Below are positions 10,701 through 22,700 of a stretch of 54,967 nt of DNA, piece after piece. Made by a program: the position numbers and the translations under genes. The stretch lies in contig JYFJ02002547.1 in assembly GCA_000934665.2 (NCBI GenBank), positions 1 to 54,967 of the forward strand, read 5' to 3'. How positions within the stretch are numbered: position 1 is the stretch's first letter; each line of letters opens with the position of its first letter. The notes beneath the pieces were generated by a model. The model had not been told where the DNA came from. It did no database searches and was given only the letters and a program-made list of their open reading frames with translations. This DNA comes from Catajapyx aquilonaris. Taxonomy: Eukaryota.

Positions 10701-13700
10701 TCTGTCAGACTGGAGGCCTGCTCGGTGGGGACTCTTCTGTCGGACGCATTCTCGCCCTTGTCCTTGAAGCATTTGCAGCTGGTCAACTGCAGCGTTGAAC
10801 GCATAGAAAAAGGAGCTCTTAGTCCCAGGACCCTCCTCAGCCTATTGGAACTGCGGGGGACCAGAGTGAGGATGATGGCTACAGGTGCCATGCAGTCCGG
10901 GATGGAATCCTTGGAGGTGGAGGAATGCACCCTGGACCACATGGAATCGGGGGCGATCCAGGCAACAGTGGTGCATGCACGCATATCAGGGAGTCAACTG
11001 GGGGAGGTGGCTACCGGTGCTCTGGCTCTGGCGCACTGGAGCCGCCTGGATCTGATCAACAACCGGTGGTTGAGGCTCTCTTCAGGAGCTTTGTCGCAGC
11101 TGAGGCCAGCTCCTGGTGGACCGGTGGCTCTTCACTTGGAAGACAACGTGTTCAGCAGCGCCACCGAGCCAACGTCCCTGAAGATACCACTAACGCTTGC
11201 CCATCAGCTTCACGCCAACGTTCGACAGAACCTCTTTGACGTCCCATGCCAATGCGACGGCGGTTCTTGGCTGCGAGAACTGTGCTCGACCCCTGAGGAC
11301 CACGACCTGACCTGGTTTGTTCTGCTGTTTAACTCCAGCTGGTGTCGTATGGACCGAGCTTTGGCTCTCTGCTTGGGGATGGACACAGCCGAGGCCGACG
11401 ACGTAGAAGTGGAGGGGCACTCGACCTTTGTGGCAGTGGCCAACCATACTGATGTTCTGTGCGGAGGCGGTGCTGGAGCCGGATCCGAAGAGCTGCATGC
11501 CTGTTTGGCCACGGCGGCTTCAGTCTCGGAAGAACCGCACCCGATGGATGGCGAAGGCGACATCAATTCTGGCACCACTATGGAGCTGGACGCTTCTAAG
11601 CATATGCTTTTGGTCATCTTCCTGGCCGTGGTTTGCACCCTGGGAGTAGCTGGAGCGGTCGCCGTGGCTCTATACGCCCGCCGTAAAAATGCACATCACC
11701 TGTCCAAAAGGAGTGTGCTCGAAGAGCCTGTTCTGGCTCCACCTACCCCGGCTCCAACAGGGTTGCTGCGCCAGAAGAAGGAAAAGGACAACCAGGAGAC
11801 TGACGACGAAGACGACGACGAAGATTCCCGAGCCGACAAGGCTGTCCAAACGCTGCCGGACCAACTTACGGCAGAATTGCTCCAGTCTCTACGTGAGAGG
11901 CTGGAGGACCCTTCGTCTTTCGTGGAGGCCAAGGACGCCATTGAGCACCTGTACGACCTCGTCAAGGTGAGTGCCACCCAAATTCCGTACGTTTCTAGGT
12001 CATGGGCTCCCCGTCTAATGACCCACCCACGTCATCCACAGGTGGAAGAGGCAGCTGCAGCAGCCACCACCTCCGGAAACGGGTGGGCATCGACCGGTAC
12101 TCAGTGCAACAACGACTACGAACCAATAGTGCTACGACCACCGCAGTCACAGTGTCCTAGCACCCAGCAAAAGAAGGAGTCCAAGAGCAGCACCTTCGCT
12201 ACACCCAAAAGTTTCTGGCTACGTGTCCGTGGTCCTCGGGGCCCGTTGCCACTTCAGGACTCCCCTCAACCAGGCAGGCAGACACAGCAACCCGCAGGAC
12301 AATACGCCCGGCCTAACACCTGTTCGAAAGGTCGGCCACCTTCCATGTGTGGGGTTGGCGGCGCCGTCCTGTGCGACTACGCCGAGCCCAGGGACGCCCC
12401 GGTGCATATCTACACCGAGATTGGCCCCGGGGCTGACGTCACCACGCGACGACGATCTGGAGCTCCCCTCCTGCAGAGACTCCAGCCGTTCTTCCGCATC
12501 GGAGGTTCCAGATCATCCGCCAACAACTGCCCCGCATCCCGACAGCCCCTCTCCCCACCAGTATGCGACTATTCCGAACCGAACGACTCTCAGGTCCATC
12601 TCTACGCGGAGATATGCCCTCCTCCACCTCTTCACCCCCCACCACCACCTCTGCACCCACCCCCATCTCACCCACCTCCACCTCCTCCTAACCGGTGACC
12701 ACCTATCACCCCACACTATACGCCGACAGACATTGAGTACATATATACCTAGTGCGACTACGAATATGTCGCACGGTGTGTGCCTTTCGTCTTTATTTTA
12801 TTTTATTTTCGCACCCGTCTTGCCACCTGTCTGGAGCACGGGCATATGTACTATAGTGTGAAGTGCACTCCTCTGCCTGCCACCATCCGTCCTCCGCTTC
12901 TCGGGCCACTACCTCAGGGATACATCTGGCACCAGCCATTGAAGTTGCCATTTCAAAAAAATAATAATGGTGCAGTCCAGCACACAAGGTGCCTTTTCTT
13001 TCTAATCCCTGCCACCATATAGACCTTTTCTTCCTCTCCGCCAGCCAAAAATTCCTCCCTCCGGAGCAACAAGGTGTGTGAGCAGCCTGCCCGGCCAGTG
13101 CCAAGACTCTAAAGTGCAAAGAACCATTTCCGGCGTTAAGAGCTTGGCAACCCACTCACGGGAGTCAATCCTCGACTGCTGCATGTGATGGATGGATAGA
13201 TGGATGTATGGATCAACTGAGACATGGACGCATTTACACTTTAGGGTAGTAGTGGTGTATACAGAGTACGAACTGTGATATGCGGTGTGATGCAATAATA
13301 ACTCAGATAAACCGTTCTTCTGCCTACTGGTCATTCATTTCCTCCTAATATAACCAGAGGTAATAAAAAGGACCCTCGTCCCCCTTTTTCTTTCGCGAGG
13401 GGTATGTAGCATAGTCACAAAATTCCGTTGCAGACTTGTCTTGAAAGGTGTTTTTCGAGGCGGCGGGGGCTATTTCCAGACGCTGGCTTAGAGAGGCCTG
13501 TTGGACGGCGGCCAGCACTGGAAGAAATCCGCAAAAAGATGTGTGGCCGGCCATGCAGACATTGCCCTCTTCTTCAGCCACCACCCCATACACACGCTGC
13601 CACCACATCCAAATAATTTGGGGGGCGGCCAATCTGGCTTTTGTTTTTATTTATCCAACTCCCCAACCCTGACTCTTTATGAAGGAGGTGATGCTATTCA

Positions 13701-16700
13701 GGTGGCAGCCTTTTTCCGGTCCTCATAGTTCCTTATCTCGGTTGCTCCAAAACACGGCCTCATTCAAAAAACAACCCAGCTGCTTATCGATACTTTGAAC
13801 GACGGCCTCTTTTGATCTCCCCTTTCCGGCAGCCATATAATTAAATCCGTACCACTCATCTGTATAGATCCAGCCCGTTTCTCCGAATCGATGCTGTGTG
13901 CCAACACAAAGTCGCGGGCAAGGACTTCAACATCACTGGCGGATAGAGCATAATCAGCCAAATGGACCTCACCCGTCTAATTGGATAAGTGAATCGGGAA
14001 TCATGCCAGCAAGTTCTCTCTACCAACATTGCATGCCTCATCTACACTCTGCTCTGCACCTTTCACAGATTATGCCAACCCCAATCCCTCTAAACGCCTG
14101 CTCCTTTGCTTTCGAAATTCCAGCTATTACATGGGTGCTGTGGGTGTCGCAACCGGGCTCTTGATTGGAGCAGCACTGTTGCCGCTTCAGCTCTGAACAA
14201 TATGACCAACAGGAAATGAAGCTCCCGACCTGTCCTGATTAGATGTCCAAGCAAGGGGTCAGAAACCGGTCGTTCCGGCTAATTTCTCAGGACCAATTGC
14301 AAAACAGCATCGTGTCCTCTGATTGTCTTGTAACACTCGACGGATTCATCGAACGCGGTCTTTTATCATCAAGTGGGCGGAATTGATGAATCCAGAGGCA
14401 ATTGACCTCTGGAGGTGTTTCGTCCTCGCGATTCACGATGAGAGCCCTCGAGTATTATGTTATCTATTATTGGGAAAGAGGCGTGTTTGTGATGATGATG
14501 ATTCGCGTGCTGGCGTTATTTCCAGATCCAGGTCATCCGCGCTCGAAAAAGCCGGCAGGCAAAATAGGTAGTGCTGGGGATGGGCTAGGGAGGGGTGGGA
14601 GGGTGTCTCTTCTTTTTCCATAGTTTTTTTTCTCCTGTCTTGTTGTTGCCACTAGTCCCACCGAGTTTTTGGGGGTTGCCAGGGAAACTCTGGCCCACCC
14701 ACGCCCGGCAGGAGTGCTCCCCTCCCTAGTGTCCCCCCCTCATTCCAGCCCAATAATCCTTCGCTCTCCCCTCCCTCCCATGCAGGCGAATATTGGAGCA
14801 TGGAAGAGGGAAACCTACTGACTACCGACCCTCTCCCTCCAGCTCTCACTCATTCTGGTCCCTTCCTCTTCCCACCCCTGCTCCCTGCCATTCAGCCAGC
14901 CCTGCCCCACGGCCATCCGGCTATTCCCCTCTCAATCTGACCGGTATCTTTTCTCCACTAGACCGCACCTTCACCATGGGGTCTCACACCTAACCGCTGG
15001 AAATACACGCTCTCATTTTTAGAATCCAGCCGCATTATGGTGACAACAATCGTTCTGTGACTGCATGTTACAACATAGACGACCCATAATATAGGCTGGG
15101 TGAGGGAAACTCTAAAATAAGAACCCGACACTGGCTAACCTGTCACATTGTGTTTGTTACAAGGCGCCCTAGAATTTCCCAATGGCGTTATTGGCAGGTT
15201 TGGCCAAAGTTCCCAAATTCTTAAGTTGAGCTCGCAAGAAAACCGGTGTCGTCGGGTCACGCCCGCTGCGAGCCATCTGCATTCTTGAGCGGGAATAATT
15301 TGAGGTCACATTATGAATGGACGTAAACGACCAGATTATTTTGGATTCACAGCAGGTGGATGCTAGTTTGTTCACATTATAATTCCGCCATTACGAGCGA
15401 CCAACAAAAGTGCATCGTACTCTGCGGTGTGCCAAAAGGTATACCTCATGCTCAAATAGCGTTGCCACAATATCAATTCATTATTACTATTTTGAATAAT
15501 AATGCCACCAACAATGTGTCCCCATCAGTCTTATGATTTTCCTGGGGTAAAATTACCATTAGACATTGCACCATAGGTAGAGTATATAATGTCTCTTTGG
15601 GGGGGGGGGGGGGGGACCANNNNNNNNGTGTCCCACAGAGCTGGTATACTTTAGAAAACCAAACCGCATATGTTTAAGGAAGAAATATATATCCTCCCCA
15701 GATCTAGACCTTCCCCGTTCCCCCTCATGACCATCCAGAAGACCCTTGGCCACAACCCTGCTGGGTTTGGAAAACACTGTTCTAGGGTGTGGCTTCCTCA
15801 AGATGACAAGGGGACAGCACAATCTCTGTCACTCATTTCCATACACATCACATGGTAGATACAGTCAATGGCGAACAGCCAGTCAGTGGGGGGGAAGGAA
15901 AGGATGGTTGAAGGGGGGGGGGGGGGTGAGAGGTTACAACCACCCCTCCGTGGGATTTTAAAAAATCAGATTAGTATTATCTGAAGACCAGAATTAGTCC
16001 ATGAAAGTTACACAATACAGCTCGAGTCTTCCGGCTGTAATCTATACCATATCTCCTCCTCCCCCTAAACCACCTTCCCGCCGAAACGCAGCACACGTCC
16101 ACTACTGGTTTACCTAGATTTCTATGCGGAGGATGGGAGCTGCTCCGGAAATATGTCCCACAACCCCATCTTTATGGGTACATGCTATATACCAGCTACC
16201 CTGCGATTCTCTCTTCTTCTCACACCTCAAGGACTCCCTGGTCAACCAGCACCTAAGCTCTCCAAGTGATGTTCCTTTCCAATAGCCACAGAACAGTTTA
16301 TAATGGGCTGAGAAATAGGTGCAAGGTAAGACTTTTCATTTAGTGCCGACCTATTACTCTTACTTCGTCCAACCACCAGCATCAGTGGGGAGTTTCAAGG
16401 ATAAAAGAAGAGCAGAAGAGCTCGAACTATGCCTCATTCATGCCGCAGGCTACTACACACTTACAATGGGCCATAAAGTCGTACCGGAAGGCCTGCAGTG
16501 CATGCCCGCCTGGACACAACAAGCTACCAGATATGCTCAATCTACAAGGGCACACAACTGAAAAAACTTAGGAGTCGGTTCTTCGTCATACCTTTTAGTA
16601 CTATTAACGCTAATAGTAGCTTCCCAATTATAAGTCACTGTGTAAAAATGTTGAGTCAAGTACGGTTACTACTATGTCTAATATGTTGACAACCTTTCCA

Positions 16701-19700
16701 ACACATTCAAGAAGCACTTTGGGATCAAGGTAGCAAGAAGGCTGACTATATGAAGAAGTGTATGTGACCTGATGACCAATGATAATTACTGCCACATATG
16801 TGGAGGTTCATCTGCTCTGAACACTACAAATGAGTCAGTGCTGGGAATCGCAGATGCTCTTTGCCACTGGTTTCTTCAACACGTCACAAACACATATTAT
16901 AATTACCCCTTTGTGCTATCTTGACCTTTGCCCACCAGTGTTCCACTAACATTGTAAACACGTCTTTAGACCTGTGAGTAACGATGCCTGAACTTCAACA
17001 TCCTGCTAACACTGCCATTCTAAAGCTATCGTAAACGGTGATGCATCAACGTGTATCAAAGAGTCAGATGGCAGTACATGAATTTCATGAAGATGTATCA
17101 TATTTCTTCAGACAGGGCAATGTTGCCACTACCTTTTGCCATCCTTACAGAATGATATTCTCAGGTCAATGGGATGGAATAATGCACACCTGTCCTGAGA
17201 GCTTTCGATATGTTCATGACATACAGTATAATGCCCACCAACAAAACATTCACTGTCAATAAAAAGGTAATATCAAGGTAGACGTAAGTTCTATCCCAGT
17301 AATAGCATAACTGATCCTGTTGGTCAGGAAATTAAAGAGCCTAATTCCGTCCAGGTTGATATAAAGATTAAATCGAATAAATTTTGCAGACAAGACAAAT
17401 TTAGTTTTCAATAGGTGTATAGCCTCTTAATCTGGGTGTAATAAGAAAGGTACACTTTCCATACCTGTTCGACTTTTCTTCGTTTCAAAAAATCATCAAA
17501 TCCACATCCACAGATAAAAGCTTACTTAAATAAGATATTTTGAATATAACAACAGTGCAGGTCAGGCTGCCTTGAAACTGTTGGAATTCTTTTTTTAAAT
17601 TACAGTTGTCAAAGTGGTAGGCAATAGAAGTTGGCAGTTATTTTCATGTAGAAGCTTTGATACATTATTCTTAATCATGAAAATGTATTACAGGAGACTC
17701 CGGATATATCAGACTTCAAGGGACTGCAGAAATCAGTCTGCTATAGCCGAGGCCGTTATATCTGGAGTCAACTGTATCAGGTTTCAAAAGTATACCATTT
17801 GGCCATAATATTCTTAAAAACAGACTGCCACCCAATACATGTACAAAAGCTCACTTGTATTTAGATGGTACTGCACACAAACACCATGTCAATTTTTGGA
17901 ACCATGGTAACAAATCATGTAAGCCTGTGTCAAGCACTCCTACAGTCACGCCCATTCTTTAGTCTCTTGGTCACTTCCTATGCTCCTGCCTGTCAAAAAT
18001 TGGCTACACTTACGTAACGGGAGACCCCGCACTTTTACCTACTCGCCTAGGGGTTGAAATAATTTAAACGGTCTTTCCAGCTGCTGAAGGATAGGCGTGA
18101 ATCCGCCAGAAAGGTTAGGTCATGGGGTAGGTCGGTATCCCATTATGAAAGTCCTTCCCAAAAATTTCTTGGAAGAGGCAAAACAAGCGAGGATAATTTG
18201 GTGTGAGGTCTGGGCCATGGTCTGGACTGTTTGGGGGATGCTCAAAGATGTTCCAATTGAACTTTTTGATGATAGTGGATGACAAGACTGACTACACATT
18301 ACAGGCCTTACACGGGAAGTACTCAAAGTCTACAATACTGCAATTCAAGTGGATCACTCTTGAGCATCTTCCACATGACATTCACTTGTTTCATCACCAT
18401 ATGAAAATTTTTGGCAGATGAGAGCCTGTAAAGTGTAGACAGTGCAGAGAGTGACCAAGAGATGAATGTATAGGCTTGGAGGCAAGATCACTAGCTAGTT
18501 GCTTACAAAATCAGGTACCACAGCTTGAAAAATACTTTGACTGACATGACGCTTGTGGGAAATCTTTTTAAAAAACACAGCCAAATGGTATTCACTTTTG
18601 TAAGACAGAAATGCTTGCAGTCCAAGTTGTAATTTTTTATTTTGTCTGAAGTAGTTAAATCTTGTCAGTTTTGGACTGCTATAACCTCCCATTTTTGAAG
18701 TTTTTATGACATCAACACCTATTCCTCAGCACTTGGTCTTATCGTGCACTAATGTATTTGCCAACAGATGTACTCTCGTACAAATCCCCATTAAAAATAA
18801 ATACATAAAACCCGATTTGGGAGTGACAAATTACCCGCTGGTATCATAAGCATTATTACTTAAAGTAACACAATAAATGGGTAGTTCTGTACTTGGTATG
18901 ATCCATTCAGTCAACCCTGCTTGTGAAGTTGTGGTGGCTTTATGTCCTGTCTGATACCACCCTCATTTCCTTTAGAAATATTCCATGTCATTTGGTATTA
19001 TTACTCTTTTCATGCTAATGACCCATAATCAACCAAATTATTGCACTGCAAAGAGTTGCAACAGATAAAGCAAATGAGTAGCAATTTGGGAGAATAATCC
19101 CAATCAGATACTGATATATCCAATTTGCTGAGCGAGTAATCAAGTACAGGGAATTGCAAAAGGTGAACCAGAAAACAAACAAGTGCAGTTTCAGACCCAC
19201 TTCACACACTCAATTCCATCTCTGCATGTACAGGTGACAAATAATTATGGTCAAGACACATCAGATGCTTCTGATACTACTTGCTACATGTGGCATCTCT
19301 CTGACGCAAAGCTTAAAATTTCAATACATTCGTCTAACTGGTTTGGTAAGTACAGTCTAACTTCTACAAATCAAACTTCCCTAATAAGTCCTGAATAAAT
19401 TGAAGAAAAGCATGGCATTGGTTGGTCACAATGTAAAGTACTAGAAATTGATCGTTAAAAATCCAGTAAAGTGTTACAACTGACCCCAGGCTCCTCTATA
19501 AGTGAGAGCTCCCAAAAAAAAATCTGGAATAAAGGCACCTATTTGCAAAGTTTGAATGAAATACATGCAGTATAGTTCTGACTGAGACTGTGCTAGCTCT
19601 TACCTTTCTGGAACACACTGCATTTACAATGGTTATAAACAATTTTGGAGAGTGAAGAAATATTCAACATTCTACCACAATGACCTCCTAATAAAAACTG

Positions 19701-22700
19701 TGATGTGGCCCTAGCCAGAGCAGTAAGGATGAAAAGCACCCTGGAGAGAAATAATGCCTAACTTACACTTACTAATGTATTTGTGAGAGTACTCGTTAAA
19801 ATATCTAGCTAATTGTCAGAAGCTCAGTTTTATACAGAATTTCCACAAAATTTTCAATAACTTATTCCAACAATTCAAAATAAAGAAATTTCCACATACC
19901 TGTACGGCAAGATTCCCTCAAGGGCCTGCAATACACTGGGAGGATGTGCCAAAGCAAATCCCTTGCTCAGCAGACTGGAGTGTGCTTCAAAGATTTGCTG
20001 TGCAACTTCCTCTACTGCCTCCATATCTTCCTCCACCTCCTCCACAGATGCTGGGGGTAACAACAAATCTCGCCTGAGCAGTGATGCCGAACACATCCCA
20101 CCAAGATATGCAAGTTCTGTCTCCAAGTGCACCAGGGCTGCTCCTAGACCTGCACTAGCACCACCCCACTCATAGCCTTGCACCAAGCACCGAAATCCAT
20201 AAAAACAAGCCTTTTCATCCCGCACATAATCCGAAGCTGTCTCTAGGGAGAAGACTACTTCACTGCCAGGAAGTACCACAGCCATCTGGGGCCATCCTTT
20301 GCTCCCACTCAGTCGCCTCAATACTGGCCAGTATGGAGGGTACCCACTTCCTCCCCCTCGGGGTACATAAAGCTGGAGGGTATCCTCTGCCTGAGCTGTG
20401 CCACACCGTGGGTCGAATTCAAGTGCCATCCACTGGACTGTGTCAGGGAAGGCAACCTTGTAGTTGGCAACTGTGGCTGGCTTGTATGGATGAGGTGATT
20501 CTACCCAGGCATAGTGCACTGTTGTGGTGTGAGGTGAGGATGCAGGGTGGGTTGGAGATGGGGGATCATCAGCCAGGGAAGAGGAGGTGCTCTGTTGGAG
20601 GCCATTTGTCGTGTTGTTCAAGGCAGCCACATGTGGGAGAAGCTCACGCACCAAAGACAGCACTTGAACGGCACTCTGAAAACACAATGAGTAACTGGAA
20701 TGTTTAATCTGTATAAGTGGTAAAAGTACATTTTATTCCCTCAGTACCTAAAATATATCACTGATATGTCTTGATGTTCTTTTTTCCTTAAATAATAATT
20801 GCAGAAACAAAATAATGGCTTTATAGAGTTTTCATTTCACAAAAGTGCTACTAATTCCTGTGCAAATAATTGTCAGACACTGCTGCAGGGGTGATGTGGA
20901 AGGAGAGAGGCCCATATTGGATTCACCATGACAAACTTACGTTGAAGTAGAGTTATAAATGTTTGCATAATTGCGTGGAGTCATATAAGATGGGCATATA
21001 TCTGCCTGGAGAGATGGCAGGCCCGTGAAAGACAACATTTATCACCATCCAGTCAATAATTATCCATGGCAAAAATACACGAGTCCTCTATGATGCAGCA
21101 CAATTTTACCATTGAGAGCAACATGTTAGTAGTACCGTATTACCTCTAATATTGCGGCATGGTGGTATAAAACGAGGTCGACCAGCATGCCGGTATAACC
21201 CGGGGGTGGCCGGCATGCCGCAATAACCGCGGTAGATTTCCGTAATTTTGATCCTTGTCAAATTTTTTGGAGTGCTTCTGGTACCATACTAAAATAATGT
21301 TACAATGAAAATGGTCAAGTGTACAGGCTGTGAGAATATGTCAGCTCTGTTGCACAATGCATTTAAATAATGTAGAGTGTATGACCAATCCCATTGACAG
21401 GGGCACCCCCTGCTCTAACATATACTGTTTAAATAGAGATTATTGCCAAACACTGCTATTGAAAACAATATATGGTACGGGTACCCTATTTGGAAAATGT
21501 GCCTTTTCGATGGCCTTCACGTGAATTTCGATTTTCAGGCAAATGTAAAGTTCAGAAAGGATAATGTAACTTATGTGAAAACCTCGCCTTATACCGGCAT
21601 ACCTCACCCTATACCGGCACGCCGGTATAGCCACCAGATCGTGCATTTCTAAAAACTGGTCCACCTCGCCTACACCGGCATGCCGCAATATGAGAGGTAA
21701 TACGGTACAATATACGGTACAATATACCGGTACTAAAAACATTCCATTTTGAGATAACTCTGCAGTGAATCTGTTAAATATATGACAAAATCATACCTGT
21801 TGAGATCTAGCAAACATTTTTTAATGAACCCATTTATAATTAATCCAGGATATGTTACAAAACAAGATCCACTCCACTTATACTGGATATGGGGCATGGA
21901 ATTAAAAATTTGTCTCAACCCCCTAGAACAGTGGTTCACGACCCCAATTTAGGGGGTCGCAACCCGAAAAAGGTTGGGAAACACTGCCCTAGAACCATAA
22001 CTGACTGACTTACCCTTGGGTGTGATGCTGCAACTGGAGCTACATGTGCCAAAACCAAAGGCAGCAAGGTAGTTACCACCCCAGCGCTACCCAGAACTCC
22101 TAGTGTACCAATATCTTGGGCAGCAGCTCCTCTGGCTGCCCTAAGAAGGTCAGCACAGGATGACACAACTGCAGAAGCAAGAGCCAGAGTGGCCTTCCTG
22201 GCCCTCATCTGGGCTAGCACTCTCTCTGCCCTTTGGGAATCCGAGTCTTGTGGATAGCTATAGTACAAAACTTGCGGGAGTTGACCACGGGTCTGATTGG
22301 TGCCATTGAAGCTCAGTGAGCAGGTGCCAAAAAAGAAAGTAGTGCCATCAGGGCCTTTTACAGAAATGGCTCCACCATCTCCATTGCTGGTGCGCCCTCC
22401 ATGGTTGCGCAAGCGAAAGGCATACTTGCATCCTTCTTTGACTGGGACAGGCCGTTCAAACCTGATTTCTGCAACATCCCCTACACAGTCCTCAGGGCCA
22501 AAAGTGCCTCGGGCAGTCTCAAGGCTGTTCCACCGCTGGGCATGAGATTCTCCTCCACTTCCACCGCTGCCCCCTCCTCCAGCAGCTGCTCCGCTAGCTG
22601 ATCCACTCCCTGTTGCACCAACACCACCACTGCTGCCACCCTAATAAATTAAAAAGCAAGTAAGTAAAGGCATGTCTCTCACCACTCACCTCAGTGGACA

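Noticed and set aside
12405..12422. Classical ITIM in the receptor tail
   Set aside because: The Y-2 residue is His rather than I/V/L/S, so it is reported only as a tyrosine motif.
10350..12698. 782-aa ORF taken as a single-exon protein
   Set aside because: Its first 87 codons are out-of-frame exon 3 and intron sequence; the signal peptide lies at 6425 and the ORF includes a 75-nt intron.
15600..15630. Poly-G run with Ns as a G-quadruplex element
   Set aside because: Coincides with ambiguous bases, so length and sequence are unreliable.
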